A stretch of DNA of 63,088 nucleotides, the filler included, from Parasitella parasitica NRRL 2501 (taxonomy: Eukaryota; Fungi; Mucoromycota): NCBI GenBank assembly GCA_025201805.1. It is 5 parts of 5 records of this genome, joined end to end, with 100 filler letters (N's around TTAATTAATTAA, not from the genome) between each part and the next. Parts side by side here need not be neighbours in the genome. Positions count along the whole stretch, not along the records: positions 26,125 to 43,697 come from MU619341.1; 4 more parts are not named here. One strand, given 5' to 3'. Below are positions 26,271 through 39,135 of this stretch, in pieces. A program made the position numbers and the translations under genes. The notes under the pieces are model-generated. The model made no database searches and was not told where the DNA came from. It saw only the letters and a list, made by a program, of their open reading frames with translations. Positions within the stretch are counted from its first letter, which is position 1; every line of letters starts with the position of its first letter.

Positions 26271-29200
26271 AGTAAGTCTTTAATGTTGCATTTGTTTGCT
26301 AAATTGATGTATATTTCAAATATTTCAATACAATAATAAAAAGAGACTTGTAATAATTCGCAGCTTTCAATTGTATCCGAACAATAAAAGAAGTATCTCG
26401 TTTATTATGATATAATTACAGGGTATTTATATCTTCAATTATTTACTACTACAACTGAAATGGTAACTGTAATAACCAATAGATTAATGTGATAGTATGT
26501 TGTCACTGTTGATGAACGAATAGAAAATACGCCGCCGTGTTAGCATTTTGTCAATTGGTTTGATATGTTTCATTGTTAAAATTGGTCCAAGAATATGAAC
26601 TGATGTAACATATCAAATAGTTTGTTCGCGCCTTGACATTTGAGCAAGTCCGCATATCTTGTTGATGTCATGGCAGCCGAGACATCGCGATAACTAGTGA
26701 CAGTTGAGATATTATACTGATTCGTATCTGATACAATCATATAATATATTTGCAGTAAATCAGTAAGCTTAGTACTTGTAGGAATTGATATCGAGAAGAT
26801 GTAGCAGTGCGTATACATCATAAATGCTTTCCTCAGCCTTTAAATTCTGCATCAAACCATATTAATTAGTTATGCTTTAAAATTATCTTTTCATATTCCA
26901 GGTCTTTCTCTTTCAATTTATGATGTTTTTGTTTCCCAACGAAAACAACTTATATTCTTCTGAGAGTAGATACAAACGCATGCAGTCGACCAAACAATCC
27001 ATCACATCAATATATATCATATTTGATCTGCCACAATTAGAGACAGGAGATCATTGGCAATGTACTTCAATTGAAGATTGTCTAATGATGTGATCTGATA
27101 CCCTTGTGTAAATTGGAGAATAAAGTCTCTGCTTCAAATCAAGAAGGTTATTCCGAGCACCAGAATAAAGGTTAAGGCACTGTCAAATCAAATACGTGTA
27201 GCCCTTGCTGTATAACCTCATATCGTACCCTGTCAAGTAGTAGATTGTCACTGTGAATTAGTCTTGTTGTCAAAAATTAGTAATCTAAATAAGTCACTAT
27301 AAATTTATGTAGCTGTAAAAAGTATAAATAGCAGATGCAATTTTGATCTTAAATAAAGTATCTTTAAGTTTCTGTATCTCGTTAACATTTGGTTTTTATT
27401 GTCTTTTTTGATCCAACAATTACGTTAAAATAACACATTTGCACAACATTTCGCTGTGCGCATTATATTGGGTAAAACGGAGATAATTTTAAAGAGAACA
27501 CATTCCAATACTATTTTTTGAGATATATTAGGCAATGAAAATTAGGGATATGCGCAAGTTGCAATGGGAACATATTTCTGAGCTTGAATTTACCACTGCG
27601 AATACAGCTCTTTATTGCAGTGAAGCACTTATTTCAATTAAGGAGCAGAGCATGAACCCCAAAAACAATCTGGTTATGTCTTTACATGAATCGATACCCA
27701 AGATGCTGTAAAATATGAATATAAAAGCTATTTTTATGTAGCTTTATGTTTAGGTTAAAATAAATGCCACCTAATCATGACCATCACCTTTTTCACCGCT
27801 TAAAGGCATAATCTACAATCTCTGATATCTTTACAAACTAGTAAGTGATAAAGACACAATATTCAGCCAACATCTTATTTTTTTGCGTCCTTCTACAGCA
27901 TATCCGAGTTTCATGCATCACTGACCATTTTTCAGATTTTGCTATGTTTGGACCCCAAACCTCAGATTCGATTTTCAATTTTCAACTTTGAGTCAACCTT
28001 CAGGGTCATTTTTAGGTACGGATTTGAGGTCCAACTAAGAACAAAGGCTAATACTAGTATGACAACTGTATCCCACTACGTCTTCCTATTCTCGATATCT
28101 ATCTTTGTTGTCGAGATATTACCACAACTAGATTTTTCAGATTTTGCGGATTTTACAGTATATGTTCCTATTACAAGTACCTTATTTTGCAACTAAACCA
28201 AGTTTACGTTCCTAAGTAAAGTAATAAAGCACATTTTGGTACACTAACTGGTGTTAAATATGTTGTACAAAAGCTCGAATTCGACAATCTAGAGCCAATT
28301 TTGTCTTTTTACGTTAAACTTTGTCCCCCTATTTCTCTACAAACCACTATGACAACTTGGCCTGAGTAATTACTAAAATATTTTCAAAACTTAGTTTTCT
28401 GCTAGTTGTATTAGTGTTAGATAGATATGTCAAAAAAAATTTTTTTTCAGATGTTTTTAGCAGAGGCTTCATTTATTTTCACAGTTTTCACAGCAATAAA
28501 TGGTATTTAAAGATACATGATATACCAATACTAAAATGGAGCTACAAAATAGCTACCAAAAAATTTTAGTTTGGTCAGAAAATACCAATTTTTGAGCGAG
28601 AAAATCTCGAGAAACGACATTAATTTTTACCCTTTTGAATGGCTTCATTTTGGCCCTCTAAACATAGGACCGGAAAATGGTGGATTCAGTTTGGTCGAGA
28701 CAAGATTTCGATTTCTGGCAGATATAATAAAGCTACAGTTGTAAACAAAGTATTGATTTGTAGGCATTGACATGATGGTTTGTTTGGTCAACTTTATAGA
28801 GTTGAATGTGCTCAAAATATGCTTGATTTTACTCAAAAACTATCAAAAATGGCGTTTTTTGAATATTTGAAAATTGGTAATAAAAAAAGGTGTTTCCATA
28901 GCCTTGTAATATATATGGTTGGGTGCAGAATTTAATTTTTGTCATAAAACACTTAGTTCGCATATCCGATATGCCTATTGCGTTTATGAGATATTTAGCA
29001 ATGAACGATGCAAAAAAAATCTCGAAACTGGTTTGAGTCAAATGGAAACACAGTGCTGAGATTCAACCTACAGTCTTTTTTTTTTTTTTTTTTTTTTNNN
29101 NNNNNNNNNNNNNNNNNNNNNNNNNNNNNNNNNNNNNNNNNNNNNNNNNNNNNNNNNNNNNNNNNNNNNNNNNNNNNNNNNNNNNNNNNNNNNNNNNNNN

Positions 29201-30339
29201 NNNNNNNNNNNNNNNNNNNNNNNNNNNNNNNNNNNNNNNNNNNNNNNNNNNNNNNNNNNNNNNNNNNNNNNNNNNNNNNNNNNNNNNNNNNNNNNNNNNN
29301 NNNNNNNNNNNNNNNNNNNNNNNNNNNNNNNNNNNNNNNNNNNNNNNNNNNNNNNNNNNNNNNNNNNNNNNNNNNNNNNNNNNNNNNNNNNNNNNNNNNN
29401 NNNNNNNNNNNNNNNNNNNNNNNNNNNNNNNNNNNNNNNNNNNNNNNNNNNNNNNNNNNNNNNNNNNNNNNNNNNNNNNNNNNNNNNNNNNNNNNNNNNN
29501 NNNNNNNNNNNNNNNNNNNNNNNNNNNNNNNNNNNNNNNNNNNNNNNNNNNNNNNNNNNNNNNNNNNNNNNNNNNNNNNNNNTGCTTTACTAATTCAATA
29601 TGATGTGTGAAAGACTGCCAGTAATTCACATCACCACGCTTAAACGCTTAATCTGCAATTACTGCTATACTTACAAACTATTATACGATGAAAATACAAC
29701 TTTCAGCCGAAAGAATTTTCATTTGAACTATTCTATAACAGCATAATATCCAATTCTCAAATATTTCTGATCATTTTTCAGATTTTGCTAGGAGTGTTAT
29801 GTCAAAATAAGTCAGTAAAATGAATCTGCCAAAGAGCTACACTTTTATTAAAAATACATCGTCCTCTGAATGTATTTATATAAACTAACATTATGTGCTA
29901 ACGTCATCATACACAGCTGTAATAACCAACATTTATATATAGAGCATGCGGTGTAAATTCCTGATTTACCACGTACATTGGCTTTTAGCCCCTTGATCTT
30001 GCTACAAGGTCTATGGCATGTTATTGACATAACAATGAGTTTGGACGCCACACCTCATATTAGATTTTCAATTTGCAAATTTGCGGTAACTTTCAGGACC
30101 ATTTTAAGTTATGCATTTAGGGTCCAAGGAAAGTATCTACCTTGTTCTAGCACTTGTACAATATAACTGTATCTCGACTGCGCTTTCCGAATTCCAATAT
30201 CTATCTTAGTTGTCGAGATAACGCCAAAACAAGATTTTGCTGAATTTATAGCAAGTTATATGGATAAAGATTGATCAAATCTTACGTCTATAAAAGTCTC
30301 CAGTTGTGTATTTGGAGTTTTACTGTGAGAAAGTCTTTA

Positions 30340-31240
30340 TTACGTTAAAATAGCACATTTGCACAAAATTTCGGTGTGCGCTTTATATTGTTGGGTAAAA
30401 CAGAGATAATTTTAAAGAGAACACAATATTCCAAATTATACGGGAAAAGATGCTCTCTTAAAATAGAATATATACATAATTTCAACGATTGCTTTGTCAA
30501 ACTCACATTTAAGAGCAACATGATTTGTGTCAATAGGGACAGAAAGCGTTTGGTATGCAGTAGTTTACGCAACCTAAAAAAAAGCCTTCTTCTTGTGATT
30601 ACAGATATATTTTGTTGTTTTTGCTTTATTCGACACGTTCATTGAACGAAACAAATATTCAGTTTGTAGAGTGTAAAGACACTGCTAAGAATCAAGAGAG
30701 TACTGTACATTACCTATTAGCTTTAGAAGTATGTCATTCACAATCTTTATTCATACATTAAAGTATAAAAAATCGGACAATTTGGCCTAAATCAAAATTT
30801 AGGTTTTTCTGTTTAATCCAGTTAATTTTCAGTAATGTTGTGCCAGAAAGGCATAAGATTAAGCAAATATTAGATTGGTAATTCTTTGTATACAATGACA
30901 AGGAATAAGCTATTAATGTACAATATATAGAACATGTAATAAACTTGGTATTACATACCAAGTTCAATGTTTAACCATGATGACAAATAGTGTTACAATA
31001 GATATAATCTAGTATTAAAAGATGGCATATTCTTATCAATAAAGTCATTAGTTTTTGTGTCTGATTTTATTTTTATAAAGTTATACATTTTTTGAGCAGA
31101 TCATGTTTATATATCCCCTGCGCATAGCAAATAATACAATTTAATTTAATCTTTGCATATTAAGATAGAGCACCAGTTCTTGTATCATCAGTTTGTTTTA
31201 TTATGCATGGAGACTTTTTCATGAATTTGGCATCAAATAT
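30340..31240. repeat. non-coding dispersed repeat family; partial copies at ~27420-27510, ~33465-33752 (inverted) and ~62340-62935
   Basis: Shared blocks such as TTGGGTAAAACAGAGATAATTTTAAAGAGAACACA, ATTACCTATTAGCTTT and TTTTTCTGTTTAATCCA. Boundaries approximate. Confidence 0.7.
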
Positions 31241-32673
31241 ATGCAATGAAAAAAATTACAAAATATTTTTTTTTGACAAACTGAACGATTTAGAACAAAA
31301 AATGCGCTTGCTTTTTTAAATTCAGCTGAGCGCTCAATCAAAGGCTTTGGAGGCATAACTGATAACTATAACATGATATATCAGTATGGAATTATCTCTT
31401 TTCCAGAAATCAGTAGTAAAAGATAGTTCAGAATCTCTATATTCTGAATACAACACCAAAAAAAAGCACAAAATACGTTATAACCGTGTAATATCTTCAA
31501 AATAATACTGATGTATGTCGCAAATTTCTCAATTTCGCATATTTGTTTTAAGCAGTGTAGAGATACGAGAAACAACCCATATGTCAATTATAATACACCA
31601 TTCAAATGCTACAATGCATTCAAACTCGGCTGTCATAAGTAAAAGTCTAGATCAGAAATATGAGACTTGATATAACTGTTTTTCCCCTTTTTTCCTCTTT
31701 TCATCAAGACTTTAGATTGAAATAACTTTTCATCCAAACAACCAATTTTCAAAACATAAAAGATATTCTATTCAACAACATCAANNNNNNNNNNNNNNNN
31801 NNNNNNNNNNNNNNNNNNNNNNNNNNNNNNNNNNNNNNNNNNNNNNNNNNNNNNNNNNNNNNNNNNNNNNNNNNNNNNNNNNNNNNNNNNNNNNNNNNNN
31901 NNNNNNNNNNNNNNNNNNNNNNNNNNNNNNNNNNNNNNNNNNNNNNNNNNNNNNNNNNNNNNNNNNNNNNNNNNNNNNNNNNNNNNNNNNNNNNNNNNNN
32001 NNNNNNNNNNNNNNNNNNNNNNNNNNNNNNNNNNNNNNNNNNNNNNNNNNNNNNNNNNNNNNNNNNNNNNNNNNNNNNNNNNNNNNNNNNNNNNNNNNNN
32101 NNNNNNNNNNNNNNNNNNNNNNNNNNNNNNNNNNNNNNNNNNNNNNNNNNNNNNNNNNNNNNNNNNNNNNNNNNNNNNNNNNNNNNNNNNNNNNNNNNNN
32201 NNNNNNNNNNNNNNNNNNNNNNNNNNNNNNNNNNNNNNNNNNNNNNNNNNNNNNNNNNNNNNNNNNNNNNNNNNNNNNNNNNNNNNNNNNNNNNNNNNNN
32301 NNNNNNNNNNNNNNNNNNNNNNNNNNNNNNNNNNNNNNNNNNNNNNNNNNNNNNNNNNNNNNNNNNNNNNNNNNNNNNNNNNNNNNNNNNNNNNNNNNNN
32401 NNNNNNNNNNNNNNNNNNNNNNNNNNNNNNNNNNNNNNNNNNNNNNNNNNNNNNNNNNNNNNNNNNNNNNNNNNNNNNNNNNNNAAGCTCCGCCCTACAT
32501 CAAAACAGGGGGAAACCCTGTTTTTTTGTTTTTAGGATTTAGGTGTTTACTTAGCCAAATTAATCGTGATTTTATGAGAAAAACAAAAACAAAAATAAAA
32601 AAAATAAAAAATAAACAGAATTAAAAAATACATAATCATCTTCCCACTTTATTTGAACATAAGCATTGAGCAT

Positions 32674-33465
32674 TGATGTGTCAATTTCCCAACCGGAAGT
32701 CAAACTCAAGTAAACTCAATCCTGAACACAATGCAGGAACATATCCCAATGAGTCATGTTCCTTATTTCTAACTCAACATGACATGTTCACGGACAATAG
32801 ATACAATCTATCGTTCCATGTCTCACACTTGTATCTTATCCTTCCATCACTCCACTTAGATTCACTAGTATATAAACCATCATTTTTTTCTTGTAATAAA
32901 CGAGATCTTTGCTTGATTAATTCACAACTGTTTTATTTAAATAATTTCTCATTCTGATAAATCATTTTTTAATCTGTATCTACCTATCTCGCTTATTACA
33001 AATACAAAACTATCGCAATATGGCTCCTAATAACCAACTCGACAAGAACAAGACTGCAACCTGACTCCAAGGCTCATTTGGATAATTCCTCTTCTCCGGT
33101 ATCCCAAGTTGGTCAACATGGCAAGTCTTCCTCTGTTCCTCAATCTCGACCCAATCAAATGGAGGTCGATGACCCCATGGATGTTGCTCAAGAGAGCTCA
33201 TCGTCTAAGGCAATTGCTTATGATAATAATCGTGGCAATGCCGGTTCTGCAACTGATGCTATTCAAGAGAATCCATCGAGCAGTAGTGATGTACCTGTAC
33301 AGAGTGCAGCTCTGGCAAATGCATCTGTTGTTGTTGACAGTATGAAAACTTTTCCAGCTGCTTCCACTGTACCTAGAGGTAACTATATAAAAAACCCATG
33401 TGTGGTTAATAGTAGTATACTCGCTAAATCAATTGAAACAATAGACTTTGCATCGTCTGTGTTAT
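32674..33465 (+). mobile_element. 5' LTR (32674-32963) followed by a truncated, decayed gag-like ORF
   Basis: TGAT...ATCA LTR with TATATAAA and AATAAA, second copy at 15613-16379. Followed by ATG at 33019 and an S/A-rich ORF cut by another repeat. Confidence 0.65.
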
Positions 33466-33959
33466 GCGCAGAGGATATATAAATATGATCTGCTCAAAAA
33501 ATGTATAGCTTTATAAAAATAAAATCAGACACAAAAACTAATGACTTTATTGATAAGAATATGCCATCTTTTTATACTAGATTATATCTATTGTAACACT
33601 ATTTGTCATCATGGTTAAACATTGAACTTGGTATGTAATACCAAGTTTATTACATGTTCTACTGTACATTAATAGCTTATTCCTTGTCATTGTATACAAA
33701 GAATTACCAATCTAATAATTGCTTAATCTCATGCCTTTCTGGCACAACATTGCCCCGCCAGATTGAGCTATTATTTGATTCTTCTATTCCTCAAGAGTTA
33801 AACTCGAAGAATAAGACTAACAAATTTTACCATATGTTAAATATATGTTATGCAATAGAGCATTGTAAAGCAAATTTTAGTCAGTAAAAACCTTGAGAAC
33901 CTTTTACAATAGGAAAAAAAATAGGGAAAAAGACTTGGTTATTGCTTTACGTTAGCCTT

Positions 33960-35147
33960 TTACGACCTTTTAACTTGTTTTCCACCACTCTTTTGTTTAC
34001 GTCGAGTAGCAGATTGTCTCATATTAACTGTTTTAGGAGTTAATCGTCGTTTACCGACAGCTTGAGCACCATCTCTTCGACCCCAATACAATTCAATGTG
34101 TTTGGTTGAGTCAAAGTTTTCAACAGGTTCCCAAGTATCCTCGTTAGGATCATCAAACCCCTTCCAATGCACTCGATATACATAATTGCCGGGAGTTCCT
34201 TTGTGATCAATGACAGCCTGTATCTCGAAATGTTCTTTGGAGAAATCATCGACCGACGTTGGTTCAGGATTTGCAGCAGCTTTGTATATAATGTGATGAG
34301 TAGATATATCTCTACTAAGTAGAGCATCTGTCTTATCCACAAGCACATAAGAACCTTTATCAGTTATATTATGGATTAGATATGGACCCTCATACCGTTC
34401 ATCGAACTTATTTTGCGATGCACATTCTTGATCATAACCTTGCTACCTATTAGGTAGGGAGTATTGACCATTTTATGTTTCTTTGCAAAATAAGCATGAT
34501 CAGCATTTTGAGTCTCTACTATACGTTTAGAAATAGCCGGTATATGAACATCTTGTACAAACTGATAGCGTTCGTTTATGATCTTATTATCAGCTTTCTC
34601 CGAACTTGCAGTAGGTTTTATCTTTGAATAGTCTGCGAGACCATTAGGTTGTCGATTGAACAAAAGCGTATAAGGACGAGATTTGTGCAAATATATAGTT
34701 AACCCATGGTATATAGTGTTCCCATTGATCACGTTTACCCTTAAGCAATTTGATTGTAGTTAGTTTGGTCAGCTTAATGAATGATTCACTAGTACTGTTG
34801 CCAAGAGGATTGTTACTAAGTGACAGACGCTTATCAATGCCACTGACTTCCATCATAGCACTAACAACTTCGTTAACCCATTCAGCACCTCGATCAGAAG
34901 TAAGCTGCTTAGGCCAACCAAATAAGCTGAAAATCTGTAACATCTCTCTAGCAATTGTAGTCGCATGTTTATCCGGGATACATCTGATCACAGTAAACCT
35001 TGTAAAATAATCAGTGAAGACAAACAGAAAGTTATTTCCAAAAGAACTAGTAACACCCATATCACCTAGATCCATACACCAGTGATCCAACGGTTGGTCG
35101 GCTTTAGTACTGCGAAAAGGATGATATCCCTCTCTTGCAATATTGTA
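33960..35147 (-). mobile_element. Ty3/gypsy chromovirus pol, 3' part (integrase core plus chromodomain), frameshifted
   Basis: HWCMDLG, FVFTDYFTRF, TSDRGAEW, GPY motif, YRVHWKGFDDPNEDTWEPVENF. Continues at 42265 across the Tc1 insertion. Confidence 0.93.
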
Positions 35148-35319
35148 CACTATTTTCACAAATTATTGGCGCACATTTGGAAAATAAAATGGCACACATT
35201 TGAGAAAAAACTTGGCGCACTAGTTGAAAAAAGCTTGGCGCATCGAAAAAACAAAATTTGGCGCATAAAAAAGTTTAATATTGTCGTATTTGAGGGCTTC
35301 TTTACTTTTACATTAATTT

Positions 35320-36641
35320 TGAATTTGAATGATTTTGTACATGAAGACGGCCAGGGAAACCTTTTTAACGACAAAGGCATGGCTGTTGCAGTCGTGGAAA
35401 TGGAAGTAGATGAAGAGATGTATCCCATTGAAACGGTGACAAATTTTGGGATGTACCAGGAGCTCAAACCACCTGAAAAGCCCGAGAAAAACAATGAAAA
35501 GAAAGAAGACAGAGGAGATGTCAAGCTAGAGAACAACACGACAACCCGTATCTACAAAAGTTACAAGGAAGTAGAGAAGGAGCAACTGTTTGCTTTGGTC
35601 TATGAAAAAGGCATGAGTGCTAGAGAAGCAGCCCTGAAACTTCATATCACTCCACGCACAGCACAAAGATGGATAGCGAACAATCAGCGAGATCCTCAAA
35701 CGTATACCGCAAGAAAAGAGGGTAGTGGAAGACCAGTCGGTAGACCAGCAATTATGGATGATCGTCATAAAACACATTTGGTCGACTTAATCGACGAAGA
35801 GCCTGCATTAGTGTTGGATCAGATGATGGATAGCCTGACAGCCGAGTTCATTGACCTCGAGATATCAAAAACAGCACTGTACAATTTCGTTACCAAAGAA
35901 TGCAAGATCAGTCTGAAGAGAGCTCACTTCCATTCGGTTGAACGCAACTGCTTGTAAAAGATCACAGCAAGAAAGGAATGGGTAGAAAAATGGATGGCCA
36001 CCGACATGGACTACATGAGCAACTGCGTATTCGTCGACGAAACAGCATTTCATATCAACATGAAGCGATTTATCGCATGGTCAAAAGTGGGAACTCGCGC
36101 CGTTGTCAAAATACCGAAGACTAGGGCAAAAACAACAACAATCTTGGGTGCAACCTGTGCTTTTGGTGTTGTCAACATTAAAGTAAGACGTCCTCGAGTA
36201 ATGCCCACTTCCAAGAAAAGAAAAACCGCTGGATCGAGTGGACAAACTCAAACACAGAGCAAAGGCACTGTTACAGGTCATTACTTTAACTTTATAAGCG
36301 ACACCATGGACGAAATGGACAAGCACCCAGAGATTTTCAAGGACAACTACTTGATTATGGATAATGCTCCAATCCACACAAATGATGATATCAAGATTCT
36401 TATTGAAAGTCGTGGCTACAGATGCGTCTATCTTCCTCCTTACTCGCCAGAGCTTAACCCTATTGAGCAATTCTAGTCTATTTGTAAGAGTAAGCTCAAA
36501 CGAGAGAAGCTGCTGAAGGAAGAGACACTCACATCTAGAATCGGAGATGCATGCAATCAAGTGCTTGTTAGTGATCTTAAAGGATTTTGTAAATACTCCT
36601 GTGATAGATTCGATGATTGCTTGAAAGAAATGCCTATCTAG
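35320..36641 (+). pseudogene. Tc1/IS630 DD34E transposase with two in-frame stops (35955-57, 36474-76)
   Basis: HTH region (SAREAALKLHITPRTAQRW, GRP) and catalytic FVDE...MDNAPIH-34aa-PPYSPELNPIE. ORFs 35082-35957 and 35994-36476 share a frame, which continues to TAG at 36641. Start not resolved. Confidence 0.93.
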
Positions 36642-36652
36642 AAATAAAGATT

Positions 36653-36745
36653 ATTTGTCGCATGTGTCGCATTCAATTTTTGTGCCAAGTTTTAATCCAT
36701 TTATGCGCCAATTTTTTTTCCAAATGTGTGCCAGTGAAAATAGTG
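36653..36745 (+). repeat. internal, partly deleted right end of the Tc1 element
   Basis: Direct copy of 42096-42264 lacking ~76 bp. Ends GTGAAAATAGTG followed by TA (36746-47). Confidence 0.88.
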
Positions 36746-36829
36746 TATTTTCCTTGTTATGGAGGGCCTCTGTATTTCTCGGGTTGATTCGGACTAGCAA
36801 ACATCTCATACTCCTTTTCAACACCATAG

Positions 36830-37080
36830 ATCTCTTTGCCTCCTCGTGGTAAGATCTACTCCATCAACGAAGGTAACTACAGATACTTTGACGAGCCCAG
36901 CAAGAAATATGTCGATCAAGTCAAGCAAAAATACAGCGCTCGTTATGTTGGTTCAATGGTATCCGATATCCACCGAACATTGTTTGTATGGTAAGTTACA
37001 CACACGCGCATCAAAAACATGCGAAAACACAAGCTAACTCCCCCTTCATGTGTGTAGGCGGCGGTATCTTTGGTTACCCT
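36830..37080 (+). pseudogene. FBP1: captured fragment of class I fructose-1,6-bisphosphatase (one exon, one intron, start of the next exon)
   Basis: 36830-36990 reads ISLPPRGKIYSINEGNYRYFDEPSKKYVDQVKQKYSARYVGSMVSDIHRTL. Intron GTAAGT...GCTAAC...TAG at 36991-37057, then GGIFGYP. Not listed in this frame in the ORF track. Confidence 0.9.
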
Positions 37081-37620
37081 ACTGGAGTGATGTCTGACTA
37101 AAGACCATCACGAAAGAGAAGGTAAATGTTAAAAGCAGGATGTCTGCATGGCCATCCAAATGAAATAAATATTTTTGATCAACTTGCTTTAGAAGATGAT
37201 AATGCTCACAATTCATGCTAATGTGCTGTCTGGTAGAAATCTAGCTACTCTTCCCAGATGGATTTGTACAGATTTGAAAAGTGATGTAGTAGCAAAAGAG
37301 AAAGAAAGAGTCAGCTCCAAATCATTTCGCAACCTCATCATCAAAGCAATAAAAAACAAAGCGATCCCTCCTATACCAAATTCCCCTGATGGGCGCCAGA
37401 GTCATGGCATTATGAACCGCTGCGTCTCAGCTACACCCACCTGATTTATGGTTGGAACTTCCTGGATCACAGCAGAGTCAACACTTCTTCCTTGCAGACA
37501 AAGAGGTGGCCTCAGCGATCATAATGTAATCTTGCTGCTCGTATAAAATGCTTAAAAGTGCGTTGGCGCTTCTCACGTACTCTGGAAGATTCATTGTAGA
37601 CAGTCTGAGGCTTTTCAAAA

Positions 37621-37740
37621 CGAGCTACAACGATTTAAAGCGAGCTTTAACGATCTATCACGATCTACAACGATTTAAAACGATTTAAAACGATCTACCA
37701 CGAGCTACAACGAGCTACAACGATTTAAAACGAGCTACAA
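37621..37740. repeat. 10-bp minisatellite, 12 units (CGAGCTACAA / CGATTTAAAA / CGATCTACAA variants)
   Basis: Exact 10-bp register, every unit beginning CGA. Confidence 0.92.
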
Positions 37741-37879
37741 TTCAAATACTTGTCAATTGTAGCTCATTAACTAGCAGCTATGCTATGCTATGAAGTGTCT
37801 GTATTGCTACAGATTGGCGTCGCTATCAAATGATGATCTGCAATTAACATAATATATCTAAATTTGAGAGAAGAGAGAA

Positions 37880-39135
37880 TTACTCAATGTCCGTCGGCAG
37901 CTTGTTCTTGAGCGAGTTTGCTGGAAGCACTGTAATCAGTCCTTGCTCTTCATTTTCCATAATCTCGTACACTAGCTTTTGCTTCTGTAACTCCATTTCC
38001 AAATAGCACAGGTTCTCGAAAATTTTGGGCCATCGATTTCTTTCGCCATAAATGGTAGGCACCTGAGCAGATCGGATTTCTTTGTATTCATACTTGCCGT
38101 CGACTAGGAAGCAAACTTCAGACAGAATGACGGTGGAATTGACGCTCTGGATTCCACAGACTTTGGTATTGATAAAGCTTTGCACGTCAGAATTGAGGTG
38201 GTGGCTTGCGATTCGCTTCATCATGCTGATTAACGTGCTAATCTGCTTGGTAGCGTCGTCAATAACCTTGTCACTAGATGCATTTGATAATCCAAATGAT
38301 CCCTCCAATGCCACTCTTTCGATTCCCCAATGATCGTAGCTCATTCCGTCGACAAGCTTATCCTCGTCAATTGATAGCGTTGGGATTTCACACCAATTCA
38401 TTTGTAAGAGACCCGTCTGATTTGAAAAAGTTTCAAAGATAGGCACAATATAACGTACCCAAAACGTTCGTTCGTAATCCCTTTTGCTGGTCGAGGAAGG
38501 CGGTACAGCAGACGTGCTTGTGTCTACAAAACGAGTAAACATGAACTTGGCGGCGCGAATCAATTTAAGATCATGTGGTGCTGGGTTGTTGGTGCTGTAA
38601 CTCCAAATGAACAGAGGCAAAATATCAATATATTCTCTATGATGGCGTCTTGTATAAATATTGCCAGAAATGGATACTGACGTAAGGTGCTCAGATTCGT
38701 AAGTAGAGCTTCACGTTGGCCGATTGCCACCAGATCATTCAGTTCAGTGGCGCGTTCTGCTGGGATCTCTGCTCTGCTTGGGCCAATTTTGCTGGAGAAC
38801 ACCTGTACACTGTTGATGTTGCTGCGCTTGTTGAGGATGATAGTGGTGGCATCTGTTTGCTTTGTGTGCTTGGCGACATGTGTCCTGAATTCTTCAGTGT
38901 CTCCAAAGTGACTCAAGCATGATGGGCACGCGAATCTCTCTGGGATCTGGCTGTTTGTTGACTTTACAAAGACTAAGTCCTTTGTATCTCTATGGCGCTG
39001 TCCTCGTTTCATGGCTGGTACTTCAATCTCGTGCTCAGTCAGCAGATGCAATCGTAGATTGCGACCCTCAGACTTTACTTCATTGCATTGGTAACAAGCG
39101 TAAATGAGCCTGACAACTTGTGGAGTAGCCGACAT
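37880..39135 (-). pseudogene. two C2H2 zinc fingers plus probable PD-(D/E)XK restriction-endonuclease-fold domain (Mucorales expanded, Crinkler-like family); one frameshift near 38620
   Basis: CYQC..LRLHLLTEH and CPSC..FRTHVAKH, then ERTFW..VPIF, WCE, LVDG, ERVALEGS, KVIDDATK. The nuclease fold is inferred from motif order. Confidence 0.65.

Noticed and set aside
29008-29629. Long ORFs in the track (also 47321-47828)
   Set aside because: Artefacts of translating through N runs.
35166-35265. Regularly spaced repeats as a CRISPR-like array
   Set aside because: An 8-bp motif with a 23-bp period and A-rich similar spacers, mirrored at the other transposon end, so these are subterminal repeats.
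37190-37620. Possible integrase zinc-binding remnant on the minus strand (QEVPT...H...GAHQG)
   Set aside because: Needs several frameshifts and is too weak to call without a profile search.
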